64,000 bases of DNA from Candidatus Poribacteria bacterium (GCA_965215265.1 OZ244048.1:544001-608000); one strand, 5' to 3'; positions 10,383 to 20,476 are shown, counted from the stretch's first letter. Notes: generated by a model not told the origin, from the letters alone. Program-made: numbers and translations.

Positions 10383-11204
10383 ATGCAGTATCGCACACTC
10401 GGCAAAACAGGGTTCACAGTCTCAGAAATCGGATACGGTGGTGGAAGAGTTCGCCCGGAACACGATGAAACTGAACTGGTTAAGATGCTCCATCACGCGT
10501 TAGGGAACGGCTTGAACTTCCTTGATACCGCGCCCACCTATGGCGGCGGCTACAGTGAAACGATTATAGGGAAGGCGATTGCCGGACAACGTGATGATTG
10601 TATCGTTGCTACCAAAACGGAGGCATTCGAGCCGGAAGGCATCGTTGCAGATGTAGAAGGCAGCTTAAAACGGCTTAATACGGATTACATTGATGTGTTG
10701 CAATTCCACGGCGGTTGGTTCTATGCAAAGGAGACGCAACAGATTCTGGATGGCGGTGGGTTAGAAACCTATCTGAAACTGAAAGAACAAGGAAAAGTAC
10801 TCTGCATAGGGTTTTCAGCGGACGGTCCCTCCGGCGGTGTAGAACAACTTATTGCCACGGGTGAATTTGACATGATGCAGATACATTACAATCTGATGTA
10901 CCAGAGCACTTGTGACGCATTTGGCAACCGTGGCGTTATCCCCGATGCTGCTGCACAAGAGATGGGCATCGTGCTGATGCGCTCCACAACCAGCAACGCC
11001 TTCCAAAACCTCATACAGCACTGCTTTCCAACCGAGATGGCGGATGCCGACATAGATCGGTTTCTGCTCAACTATTCACTCTCTAACCCGCTGGTGGACG
11101 TTGCACTGATGAGTCTACAAAGCGTTGCCGACGTGGAATGGACAACAGCTGTTTCTAACGATGTCGCTGCGAGACTGGATCTGCGCGCAATTCATGGACG
11201 CTAA
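10383..11204 (+). CDS. Aldo/keto reductase
   Basis: MQYRTLGKTG..GLNFLDTAPTYG..SLKRLNTDYID; the upstream extension from 10215 is repeat-derived. Confidence 0.9.
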   Translation: MQYRTLGKTGFTVSEIGYGGGRVRPEHDETELVKMLHHALGNGLNFLDTAPTYGGGYSETIIGKAIAGQRDDCIVATKTEAFEPEGIVADVEGSLKRLNTDYIDVLQFHGGWFYAKETQQILDGGGLETYLKLKEQGKVLCIGFSADGPSGGVEQLIATGEFDMMQIHYNLMYQSTCDAFGNRGVIPDAAAQEMGIVLMRSTTSNAFQNLIQHCFPTEMADADIDRFLLNYSLSNPLVDVALMSLQSVADVEWTTAVSNDVAARLDLRAIHGR

Positions 11205-11221
11205 ATTTTTGTATTTTTGTA

Positions 11222-11459
11222 TTTTTGTATTTTTCAGCCCCGTCAAGGGTTATGTATTGTTAAATCCGATGTACATCTCGTCGGAGACACCTTCGGTTTT
11301 GACTTTAAAGACGATACCTAAGCAGGCTCTGGCGAGATTTGTAAGGGTTTTAATATAGCAGCAATTGGCATTGGGCTTCTGAGGCGGTACCCAGACCGGA
11401 CTTTAACCGTAGAGTTTTAATATAGCAGCAATTGGCATTGGGCTCCTATATACAAAAAG
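11222..11459. mobile_element. Family B MITE containing a 31-bp direct duplication
   Basis: Left end TTTTTGTATTTTTCAGCCC and right end GGGCTCCTATATACAAAAAG; internal ATCTCGTCGGAG..CTCTGGCGAGAT; TTTTTGTA tandem x3 at 11206-11229. Confidence 0.7.
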
Positions 11460-11489
11460 CCTTTTCCTGCCGCTCTGTGTGTGTCGCCC

Positions 11490-14186
11490 TTACGAAGCTG
11501 CCAAAAAATTCCGGATGACGTAATCCAAAATCCCTCCATGTTTGTAGTACTCCACTTCTACAGGAGAGTCAATTCTGACACGTAATTCGGTCTTGTGCGT
11601 GTCACCGTTAGCTCTGACGATGTTCAGGTTTGCTGTTTGCCCTGGCTGAAGGTTTTCAGCGAATCCGGTAATACTGATAATTTCGCTGCCGTCTAGGTTG
11701 AGGGTTTGCGCGTTTTCATCCGGTTTAAACTGCAAGGGTAAAATGCCCATTCCAATGAGGTTCGTTCGGTGAATGCGTTCGTAACTCTCCACGACGACGG
11801 CTTTAATTCCAAGGAGTTTGGGTCCTTTGGCTGCCCAATCCCGGGAGCTCCCCATCCCGTAATCCTTGCCAGCAAAGATTACGGTTGGCACGCCATTTTC
11901 ACGGTAGTTAAGCGCTGCTTCATAGATAGTGGTTTCGGTCTCTTCGGGATATTGCACGGTGAATCCACCTTCCACATCCGGTCTCATGAGGTTTCGGACA
12001 CGCCTGTTGGCAAAAGTGCCCCGGCTCATCACCCTGTCGTTTCCACGTCTGGCACCGTAGGTATTGAAATCAAGAGGTTCAACGCCGCGTTCTTGGAGAT
12101 AGTGTCCTGCCGGGCTCGCTGCAGCGATTGCCCCTGCTGGTGAAATATGGTCTGTCGTGACAGAGTCTCCAAAGATGCCAAGGATACGGGCATTAACAAC
12201 ATCCGAAATAAGTTCAGGTTCACGTGTAAACCCTTCAAAAAATGGCGGATGCTGCACGTAGGTGCTTTTTTCGTTCCATGGGTAGAGAACGCCGCTGGCA
12301 CCTGAAAGTTCTTCCCACTCTGGTGCCTGCTTTCCAATCTGCTCATACATCTCTCGGAATGTCTTCCTATTGACAGATGCACGAATCATGTCCGCGATGT
12401 CGTGGCGAGACGGCCAGATATCCCGTAGATAGACAGCCTCACCCGCGTCATTGTGTCCGAGTGGTTCCTGCGTGAGATCTATATCAATTCTGCCTGCGAG
12501 TCCATACGCCACAACGAGAGGTGGTGACATCAGAAAATTCGCTTTTACCTCAGGATGCACGCGTGCCTCAAAATTCCTGTTGCCGCTCAGTACACTCGCA
12601 GTCACGAGGTTCCGGGCATCAATCGCCTCCTGAACGATTTCGTTGAGCGGTCCGCTGTTTCCAATGCAGGTTGTACACCCGTAGCCGACAACGTTGTATC
12701 CCAGTTTTTCCATGTAGGGTAACAATCCTGTGTTCTGCAGATACTCCGTTACAACACGAGAGCCTGGTGCCAAACTGGTTTTAACATAATCAGGAACGCG
12801 TAATCCTTTCTCCACTGCTTTCTTAGCGAGTAGTCCCGCACCAATCATGACGGAGGGATTGCTGGTGTTAGTACAGCTAGTAATAGCGGAAATAGCAACC
12901 GTGCCGTGCCGGAGTCCATCAAGCTGCGCTGATGCAGTCATCCCAAACCCGTCTTCAGCGGTTGGGCGTGTCAGGAGTTCTGTGAACTTTGCTTTAACGG
13001 CAGAGAGTGCTATCCGGTCTTGGGGACGTTTTGGGCCAGCGACACTCGGTTCAATGTCACTGAGTTCAATTTCCAAAATGTCGGAGTAGTTGATTTCTCC
13101 AAGTCGTGGAATGCCAAAGAGTCCTTGTGTTTTGAGATATGCCTCTACGAGTTCAACCTGTATGTCGTCGCGTCCGGTGAGACGTAGATATCTGATTGTT
13201 TCGGCATCTGTAGGGAAGAATCCAATTGTTGCGCCGTATTCAGGACACATATTGGAGAGTGTTGCCCGGTCGGGCAGTGAAAGTGCATCTACACCGGGAC
13301 CGAAGAACTCAACGAACTTATCTACGACTCCAGTTGCTCTGAGACGTTCCGTTACTGTCAATACCAAATCGGTTGCCGTTACGCCTTCTTGCAGTGCCCC
13401 TTTCATGTGAACACCCAGGACTTCCGGAGTCAGAATGTAAACCGGCTGTCCTAACATTGCAGCTTCCGCTTCGATGCCGCCAACACCCCAGCCGACGATG
13501 CCGAGTCCATTAATCATGGTTGTGTGTGAATCTGTCCCGACGACGGTATCCGGATAGGCTAGGCCCTCTTCTGACATGACGACTTGGGCAAGGTATTCCA
13601 AATTTACCTGATGAACTATACCGATAGAAGGTGGAATGATATTGAATTTTTCAAACGCCTGCTGCCCCCATTTTAAAAATTCGTACCGTTCTTTGTTGCG
13701 TGCAAATTCGCGGCGAGTGTTGAACTGAAAAGCGTTCTCTGTCCCGTATGAATCTACTTGTATTGAATGATCTATAACTAGATCTACAGGAACAAGCGGT
13801 TCTATCAGACTCGCATCGCCACCGAGCGCAGCAACAGCAGAACGCATCGCGGCGATATCAACCACGAGCGGCACCCCTGTAAAATCTTGTGCAACGACTC
13901 GGGCAGGTTTAAACGGTATCTCGGCAGCCTTCGGCGAACGTGCATCCCAATTTGCCAAATTTACGATGTCTTGTTCGGTGATATGGTGTCTGTCACAATT
14001 CCGCAATAAGGACTCAAGCAGGATGCGGATGCTGACAGGCAAGGTATTTATTGAACCGATACCGGCCGCTGCAAGCGCCGGAATGGAATAGTAGTTGTAA
14101 TTGAGTCCTCTGTTTTCAAGAACTCGACATGTATTGAATGCATCGATGGCACACTGCGCGTCATTTTGAGATGATTGAGGCATCAT
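11490..14186 (-). CDS. acnA: Aconitate hydratase A
   Basis: QDFTGVP, GTDSHT, TSCTNTSNP, GCTTCIGNSG and GSSRDWAAKG motifs. Confidence 0.97.
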   Translation of the reverse strand: MMPQSSQNDAQCAIDAFNTCRVLENRGLNYNYYSIPALAAAGIGSINTLPVSIRILLESLLRNCDRHHITEQDIVNLANWDARSPKAAEIPFKPARVVAQDFTGVPLVVDIAAMRSAVAALGGDASLIEPLVPVDLVIDHSIQVDSYGTENAFQFNTRREFARNKERYEFLKWGQQAFEKFNIIPPSIGIVHQVNLEYLAQVVMSEEGLAYPDTVVGTDSHTTMINGLGIVGWGVGGIEAEAAMLGQPVYILTPEVLGVHMKGALQEGVTATDLVLTVTERLRATGVVDKFVEFFGPGVDALSLPDRATLSNMCPEYGATIGFFPTDAETIRYLRLTGRDDIQVELVEAYLKTQGLFGIPRLGEINYSDILEIELSDIEPSVAGPKRPQDRIALSAVKAKFTELLTRPTAEDGFGMTASAQLDGLRHGTVAISAITSCTNTSNPSVMIGAGLLAKKAVEKGLRVPDYVKTSLAPGSRVVTEYLQNTGLLPYMEKLGYNVVGYGCTTCIGNSGPLNEIVQEAIDARNLVTASVLSGNRNFEARVHPEVKANFLMSPPLVVAYGLAGRIDIDLTQEPLGHNDAGEAVYLRDIWPSRHDIADMIRASVNRKTFREMYEQIGKQAPEWEELSGASGVLYPWNEKSTYVQHPPFFEGFTREPELISDVVNARILGIFGDSVTTDHISPAGAIAAASPAGHYLQERGVEPLDFNTYGARRGNDRVMSRGTFANRRVRNLMRPDVEGGFTVQYPEETETTIYEAALNYRENGVPTVIFAGKDYGMGSSRDWAAKGPKLLGIKAVVVESYERIHRTNLIGMGILPLQFKPDENAQTLNLDGSEIISITGFAENLQPGQTANLNIVRANGDTHKTELRVRIDSPVEVEYYKHGGILDYVIRNFLAAS

Positions 14187-14213
14187 TCTCTCCTTCCTAT
14201 GGTCGGCAGTAGT

Positions 14214-16892
14214 TCATTCGGAACTATTTTTTCGTTGTAGGCTCGCGATGTCATCAAGCTGCTGGCGAGCATAGACAGTGATAACGTTTTCCGGGTAATT
14301 TGTAATCAACGTGGTATAAGCGGAAATCGCCTTCTCGAAATCGGCGAGCCGCTGGTAAATTTCGGCGAGAGTTATCAAGGCTTTCGCCGCATGTGGGCTC
14401 TCCATTGCGGTAACCTGTTCGTAAGCACCTATCGCCTCAGTATCTTTGTGATTTTCACGATAGATATCACCAAGGAGGAGCCATATATCGTCGCGGATTA
14501 GGGCTTGTGGGTGCGCTTCAAGAATCTGTTGGCACTGCTGTACGGCGGCATCCTTTTGTCCACTCAAATGGAGCTGCACCGCAGTTGCATAGTTTGTGAG
14601 TGGAATTTTGAGATAATCAGGATGATCTTGGATGAGGACAATCTGTTCGAGGGCATCATTCGTTATCTTGTCGGATTTTGAGACGAGGATAACCTTTTTG
14701 TATTCTTCCAATGCTTTTTCAAAGTTGGCAGCAAAGAAATAAGAATCGCCCAGCTGTTTACGGGCGATTGCCCGAAATGCGTTAGGACTGGCGGCGATGC
14801 GAACAAGGATTTCTTGAGCGAGGTTGTATCGTTTCAATAGGAGGTGGCATTCGGCTAGGCCCACCTCCACTTCTTGGCGTTGGCTGGCGGATAAACGGCG
14901 AGTGAGTAACCTTTGGAATGTCATGTGGGCAGCTTTCGGTGCTCGCAAGCCTTGCAATTGCATTTGGCCGAGTTGCATTTGGGTTTCAATAGCATCACTA
15001 CTCGGCAGGATTGCATTCTCTTCGCCGGTTAAGAGTTCAACGGCTTCGCCCCATTTCTCCTTTTTCTGATAAAACGTTGTTAAATTGCGCTTCGCATTCC
15101 GGGCACGTGTTTCGTGCGTGGCAATTTGCATCAGAGTTTTATAGAAGTCTATCGATGCCGGGTGTTCGCTTCGCGCCAAGACTGTCGCGTACCTGTCAAG
15201 AGTTATCTCAGTGTACGACGGATAATTCTCATAGAGTTGTAGAAACCTTTCAAGGGCTTTCTGAGGCTGTCCATCATGAAACAAGAGTTCTGCTAAGGTT
15301 AAGGTGAGGTTTGCATTCCGGGGTTGAAACAAGAGTGCTTTTTCAATGTCGCCAATAAGTTTTGCCATCACTGGATTTTGCGATGCGTTATCGGCAGGTA
15401 AGGTATTCTTGTCTCTCCTTTCAGTCCTTACCTGATTACCTTTTCCTGCCGACCTCTGGTTGGATGTTTTCTCTCTATTGCTTACGGGTGGTAAAACAGG
15501 GGGCTCATAGATGTCCTGCATAGCAAACAAAATCGCGTCCCGTTGGTTATGGACCATGCCGACATTTTGTAGCCCTTCTACGTACACCCTTGCTGCGTCT
15601 GAAAGAAGCCCTTGGATTTTGTACGCGGCTGCTAATTGTATGTAGAGATAGCCGTTTTGAGGTTCTAGGCGGATGGCTTGTCGATACGCCGCTATCGCTT
15701 CTGGGTACATTTTGTGCGAAAGGTAGATGCCACCCAGTTGCTCCTGCCGGTCTGCGTGTGCTGGTTCACTGTTTACCAATTTTTCCCATTCGGCGGCGGC
15801 TTTTTGCATTTTGCCAAGTTTTGCGTAAAGTTCGCCCAATTTTCTGCGAAGGTTTGTATTCGCACTATTTTGTTTGAGCGCGTTCTGATAAAGTGCCAAT
15901 GCCTTAGAATGCGCGCCTTGACGTTGATAGAGTTCCGCTAATTTCTCCAAAAACGTGCTATCGTTCGGATTCGCTTCCATGCGCGCTCTAATCAATTTTT
16001 CTGCTGCTGTATAGTGTTTGTTTTCTGTATAGAGACTAATGAGACTCTTAATCGCACTAGAACGATAAGGCGAATTTGGAAAAGTTTCAAGGAAATAGCG
16101 ATATGACTCCACGGCTTCCGCGTATTTGTTCTGTGCTTCCTCGTATTGTGCGATAAGATAGGCAGCAGTGGAGGCGACACTCGTGCCGGAGTGCTGTTTC
16201 AGAATCTCCTTGCATTGTGAAACAGCCTCATTGAATTGATAACGCTGCCAATATAGGTTGGCAAGCCTATGCACTGCCTGTGTCGCGTAAGAACCATTGG
16301 GGTTTTCGTCAATTATCTCTTTAAAGACACGTCGGGCATCAGCATCTTCCCCACGTTTCACATAACTCTGTCCTAACCTGAGTCGAATGTTATCCTTTTC
16401 GCTCTGTTCAAGGGGTGTTTCTAACAACGCTTGATATGCTTGAATGGCTTCTGCATATCTCCGCTCATAATAATGATCGTGCGCGTTTTCAATTGTATTT
16501 AAGACTTGATGTCTTTCGCCAACGTTGACTTGAGCAACGGCTGAGGATAGAGTGCTCTGCCCACTAACAAAGAGGGTGATAGTAGAGAGGGCAATGAGTG
16601 GCAGGATAGGCAATGGGAGCCACCTACATGCCTTTCGACATCTCGGCAGGTAAGGGATGGTGCCCACCCACCCAATTCCTTTCTTTCTCTGTCCTGAAGG
16701 ACAGACAAGATTACCTTTTACTCGCCACCCACTGGGATTACCTTTTACCTGCCACCTATAGGTTCTTGTCTCTGGCACTGCCGACTCTGGCAGTGCCAGT
16801 GAATAGATTACCTGACCCCGCACCTTTTCCTGCCGACCTTTGGTGCATGTCACGGTGGTTGTGCGTGACAAAAAAGCGAGTAGTTTTTGCAT
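14214..16892 (-). CDS. Exported TPR repeat protein with two repeat-derived in-frame insertions
   Basis: Many TPR/BamD-like repeats; likely start MQKLL at 16892 with GGAG RBS. Confidence 0.85.
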   Translation of the reverse strand: MQKLLAFLSRTTTVTCTKGRQEKVRGQVIYSLALPESAVPETRTYRWQVKGNPSGWRVKGNLVCPSGQRKKGIGWVGTIPYLPRCRKACRWLPLPILPLIALSTITLFVSGQSTLSSAVAQVNVGERHQVLNTIENAHDHYYERRYAEAIQAYQALLETPLEQSEKDNIRLRLGQSYVKRGEDADARRVFKEIIDENPNGSYATQAVHRLANLYWQRYQFNEAVSQCKEILKQHSGTSVASTAAYLIAQYEEAQNKYAEAVESYRYFLETFPNSPYRSSAIKSLISLYTENKHYTAAEKLIRARMEANPNDSTFLEKLAELYQRQGAHSKALALYQNALKQNSANTNLRRKLGELYAKLGKMQKAAAEWEKLVNSEPAHADRQEQLGGIYLSHKMYPEAIAAYRQAIRLEPQNGYLYIQLAAAYKIQGLLSDAARVYVEGLQNVGMVHNQRDAILFAMQDIYEPPVLPPVSNREKTSNQRSAGKGNQVRTERRDKNTLPADNASQNPVMAKLIGDIEKALLFQPRNANLTLTLAELLFHDGQPQKALERFLQLYENYPSYTEITLDRYATVLARSEHPASIDFYKTLMQIATHETRARNAKRNLTTFYQKKEKWGEAVELLTGEENAILPSSDAIETQMQLGQMQLQGLRAPKAAHMTFQRLLTRRLSASQRQEVEVGLAECHLLLKRYNLAQEILVRIAASPNAFRAIARKQLGDSYFFAANFEKALEEYKKVILVSKSDKITNDALEQIVLIQDHPDYLKIPLTNYATAVQLHLSGQKDAAVQQCQQILEAHPQALIRDDIWLLLGDIYRENHKDTEAIGAYEQVTAMESPHAAKALITLAEIYQRLADFEKAISAYTTLITNYPENVITVYARQQLDDIASLQRKNSSE
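15391..15459 (+). repeat. Family A palindromic element, in-frame inside the TPR gene
   Basis: TCGGCAGGTAAGGTATTCTT..ATTACCTTTTCCTGCCGA-CCTCTGG. Confidence 0.75.
16599..16844 (+). repeat. Nested A/D repeat stack, in-frame inside the signal peptide of the TPR gene
   Basis: Two A left ends, three A right ends and one D unit; 246 bp with no stop codon on the coding strand. Confidence 0.75.
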
Positions 16893-17000
16893 TTCGTTCT
16901 CCAGAATAATTTGAGAGAAGTACCCGACAAAATTACCGGAACTATCTCCCAATGGGTCAAGTGTCTGAGTTTTTGATGTTGTTCCCTATTGACGGATAAG

Positions 17001-17066
17001 GTGGCAGAATAGGTATTCTTTCTCTGTCCATGAGAGAAGATTACCTTTTACCTGCCACCCATTGGG
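17001..17066 (+). repeat. Intergenic family A palindromic element
   Basis: GTGGCAGAATAGGTATTCTTTCTCT..AGAGAAGATTACCTTTTACCTGCCAC-CCATTGGG. Confidence 0.8.
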
Positions 17067-17098
17067 TATTGACAGGCTCAGGTCAATACGAAGTTTTT

Positions 17099-20000
17099 TT
17101 ATGTTTGAGTTTCGAGCTGTTGGTTGAGCGCTTCAATGGCGCGTTGTACCGCCTGTGCGTTTAACGTGTCTGTTGTCGATGTTTCGGTATAGATATGTGC
17201 AGCAGTAGAAAAGAGCAGCAAGCTCTCGGAAAATTTTTGTTCGGCACGGTACAACCGTCCGAATTGATAGAGCGAATCTGCAATCTCGCGTAGTTGTCCG
17301 GTGTTGTAGCGTATCTGCAGGCTTTCGGTATAGTATTGTCGTGCTTCAGCAAGTTTTCCTTGCCGCAGTGCGATTTTCCCAAGGCTATCCAGCAAATACG
17401 CGATGCCGTTTATGGCAGGACTCGCCACCCACTGGGTTGCATCTGACAATTCACGAGCAAGGTTCAGGCTCTCTGTATAATAGCCGGCTGCTGTTGTATC
17501 ATCGCCTTGCCGGTACGCAATTAAGCCCAGGTGGCTTAATGAATAAGAGACCCCCTGATTGTCCCCGAGCTCTCTCTGAAGATTGAGGCTTTCCTTGTGA
17601 TAGCTAGCCGCTTCAGTGTATCTCTCTTGACGATATGCAAGCAGTCCGAGGTGGTTCAGTGAGGTAGCAATGCCGCGTTTATCTGCCAGTTCTCTCCGAA
17701 TTTCTAAGCTTTCCTCATGGTAGCGTTTTGCTTCGTCTCGTAATCCTTGCTGGTTTGCAGTTTTCCCCAAATTGTTGAGAGAATAAGCGATACCGCGTTT
17801 ATCCCGGAGCTCGCGAGCCAGGTGTAAACTTTCCGCGTACAGTCCCTTCGCTTCTTCAAAACGACGATGGTGATATGCTGTGAGGCCCAAGTTGTCTAGG
17901 GCATAAGCGATTAACCATTTATCTTCCAATGCTTTTGCAAGCTGGAGGCTCTCCGTAAAATAGGCATCCGCTTTTTCATGCTGCTCTTGATAACGGGCGA
18001 TAATTCCGAGTTGGTTTAATGCCTTGACGATGCCTTGTTGATGGCCTGTGATTCTGAAAATCTGGAGTCCTTCCTCACACACTTGCCGTGCAGTTTCGCA
18101 ATTCTGTTGGGTATTATAGAATTTCGCCAACGATATGAGGACATTCGCTAGTAGTTCGCGTCTGATTCCGTCTTTCAATTCGCATTTCCGCAAGGCAGTT
18201 TCTGCAGCTCGAAGCCATTTAATGCCTTCGCCCCACAAACCACGGATATAGAAAAACTGTGTGAGTGCAGCTGCAAGTTGGCTGAAGACGTACCACTCGC
18301 CTTGTTCCATGCTAAATGTTAAAGCGGCGCGAAAATTATCTAGTTCAATTGCCATTTCGGCAAGCGCTGTACTCTGTTCTGCCCCTTTTAGTTTCTTGTC
18401 TTCTTCCTGTGCTAAGTTGAGATAATAATTGGCGTGCATTCGTCTAAAGTCTGTGGTGTCTTTCTGTTTTTCACGCATGTATATTTGTAAAGGGACAGAG
18501 AGACGGTAGCGCGTTCGAGTTAAATGCTTTTCCTGAATGAGCAGCGATTTATCGTGTAAACTGAAAATCAGATCAAGTGTCTTATCGGTATTTTCACTAC
18601 AGATAACTTCGGCGGCTTCTAAGAAAAAACCACCTGAAAAGAGAGCTAGCTGCCCTAGCATGTCCTGTTCTTCAACATTTAAAAGTTGGTACGACCAGGA
18701 TATCACAGCACTGAGTGTTTGATGCCGTGCAGGCACATCACGGTGCGGTGTGCAAAGGAATCCGAGTTGTGTTGACAATCGTTTGAGGATGTGTTGCGGT
18801 GTCATGCTGCGGACCCGTGCTGCAGCAAGTTCGATTGCGAGGGAGAGTCCATCAAGTGAACGGCAGACCTCTGCAACAGCCTCAGCATTCTCGAGGGTTA
18901 ATTTAAAATTCGGTGAGACAGCCTTCGCTCGCGCTAAAAAGAGTTGAACACTCTCAGATTTTTCATACATTGGCAGAGTGTCTCTGGACAACGCAAATTC
19001 CGCTGGCGGGACAGATAACGGCGGTACAACGAACGTTTGTTCCCCGGAAATTTGCAGCCACTCCCGTGAAGTTGCCAAGCAGTGCAATTTAGGACACCTG
19101 CGCAGAAGGGTGTTCACATATACGGCACCTCCAATCAGATGTTCAAAGTTATCTAGGACCAGCAGCAGTTCTTTTTCTGCAAGGTATGTGACAACCTGCT
19201 CCATTATATTCGTCACGGTGTCCAACGTTTTTATATCATCTGGCTCCGATCCGATGGTTATTTTGCTATCAGATTTTTGAGGCAATCTCAATGAAATAGA
19301 GAGGGCAGTTGCTAACTCTGTGACGAGATGCTCAGGCTGAACCAGATCTGCTAAGGGAATGAACCACACACCGTCTGGATATTTATCTAGTAATTCTGAT
19401 GCAACGTAGAGCGCGAGGCGGGTTTTGCCGATGCCGCCGGGGCCAGTCAAGGTGACAAGGCGACTCTCTGCTCTCGTAAACAAGTGTGTGATGCTTTGAA
19501 CCTCGGTTTCTCTTCCGATAAAACTGTTCACCGATACCGGCAAATTGTTCGGGAATCTATCAACGGTTCGCAGCGGTGGAAATTCGTTCTTGTAAGGAAC
19601 GTGCAATTGGAAAATTCGTTCCCGACGCTGGAGATTTTTTAGGCGATGCTCCCCGACATCCTGGAAACTTCCATTTGGAAATTGTGATTTGACGAGTTCG
19701 TGCGTTGCTGCAGATAGCAAAATCTGTCCGCCGTGTCCAGCATCCGTAATCCGTTTTGTGAGGTTCGCAGGCATTCCTTGATATTCATTATCAAGTAACA
19801 GCAAATCACCGGTATGAATTCCGATCCGAATCTTCACTTTGTCTACGGGTTCGGGCCAGTCGTATGCCTCGAAGGCTAACTGTGCTTCAAGGGCGCACGC
19901 GACAGCATTTCTTGCTGTAGAAAACAAAAAAGCAAATGCATCCCCTTCACTGCTAAGTTCTTGCCCACTCCATTTGGTGCTTGCTTCCCGTAATATCGCG

Positions 20001-20179
20001 TTGTGCGAGGCTATGACAGCTGCCATAATTGTGTCTTGATGTTGCTCCCACAGCAATGTAGAACCTTCAATATCCGTAAACATCAAGGTAACAGTACCTC
20101 TTGAAATATGTGCGGTTGCATTGCTTTCTGATTTGGGATCTGGAACTTGCACGGCTGCTAACTGACTCTGTTGTGCCAT
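17099..20179 (-). CDS. Class III adenylate/guanylate cyclase + STAND (NB-ARC-like) ATPase + TPR protein
   Basis: FTDIEGST, EGDAF and RIGIHTG cyclase motifs; Walker A GPGGIGKT; Walker B LLVLDNFE; C-terminal ~40-aa TPR repeats. Confidence 0.92.
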   Translation of the reverse strand: MAQQSQLAAVQVPDPKSESNATAHISRGTVTLMFTDIEGSTLLWEQHQDTIMAAVIASHNAILREASTKWSGQELSSEGDAFAFLFSTARNAVACALEAQLAFEAYDWPEPVDKVKIRIGIHTGDLLLLDNEYQGMPANLTKRITDAGHGGQILLSAATHELVKSQFPNGSFQDVGEHRLKNLQRRERIFQLHVPYKNEFPPLRTVDRFPNNLPVSVNSFIGRETEVQSITHLFTRAESRLVTLTGPGGIGKTRLALYVASELLDKYPDGVWFIPLADLVQPEHLVTELATALSISLRLPQKSDSKITIGSEPDDIKTLDTVTNIMEQVVTYLAEKELLLVLDNFEHLIGGAVYVNTLLRRCPKLHCLATSREWLQISGEQTFVVPPLSVPPAEFALSRDTLPMYEKSESVQLFLARAKAVSPNFKLTLENAEAVAEVCRSLDGLSLAIELAAARVRSMTPQHILKRLSTQLGFLCTPHRDVPARHQTLSAVISWSYQLLNVEEQDMLGQLALFSGGFFLEAAEVICSENTDKTLDLIFSLHDKSLLIQEKHLTRTRYRLSVPLQIYMREKQKDTTDFRRMHANYYLNLAQEEDKKLKGAEQSTALAEMAIELDNFRAALTFSMEQGEWYVFSQLAAALTQFFYIRGLWGEGIKWLRAAETALRKCELKDGIRRELLANVLISLAKFYNTQQNCETARQVCEEGLQIFRITGHQQGIVKALNQLGIIARYQEQHEKADAYFTESLQLAKALEDKWLIAYALDNLGLTAYHHRRFEEAKGLYAESLHLARELRDKRGIAYSLNNLGKTANQQGLRDEAKRYHEESLEIRRELADKRGIATSLNHLGLLAYRQERYTEAASYHKESLNLQRELGDNQGVSYSLSHLGLIAYRQGDDTTAAGYYTESLNLARELSDATQWVASPAINGIAYLLDSLGKIALRQGKLAEARQYYTESLQIRYNTGQLREIADSLYQFGRLYRAEQKFSESLLLFSTAAHIYTETSTTDTLNAQAVQRAIEALNQQLETQT
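17413..17436 (+). repeat. Minimal internally deleted family A element, in-frame in a TPR repeat
   Basis: TGGCAGGA-CTCGCCA-CCCACTGGG; encodes TQWVASPA, which is absent from neighbouring TPR repeats. Confidence 0.7.
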
Positions 20180-20212
20180 GGTTTCAATTTGTTGTCGTAG
20201 ATATTAGATTTG

Positions 20213-20467
20213 CTATTGACACTGCTTTGGAGACACACGGTTCCTGATTGTACGTGACACCCGCCCACCCAAATCCTTCGCGAGAGTCATAAGTGTAAGT
20301 TGACTGATGTGCAGCAGCGAAGCTCGCAAGAAGGGACTCGTTCCAAGAGGGTGTCCGGATTGCGTATGCCACACCGATTTTTGTAAAGTCCGAACAGTGC
20401 TGCCAAGTTGGACGGATGCCTTCATAATGTTTTTCGCATGGCACTGTTCAAAAATGAGTTCTTTCAT
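20213..20467 (-). CDS. Small hypothetical protein, contains a family D unit at 20255-20278
   Basis: AAAGGA RBS; fills the gap between co-oriented genes; no recognisable domain. Confidence 0.35.
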   Translation of the reverse strand: MKELIFEQCHAKNIMKASVQLGSTVRTLQKSVWHTQSGHPLGTSPFLRASLLHISQLTLMTLAKDLGGRVSRTIRNRVSPKQCQ

Positions 20468-20476
20468 TTATTCCTT

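Noticed and set aside
11347-11444. CRISPR array
   Set aside because: Only two repeats, no cas genes or leader, and embedded in a MITE; kept as a duplication finding instead.
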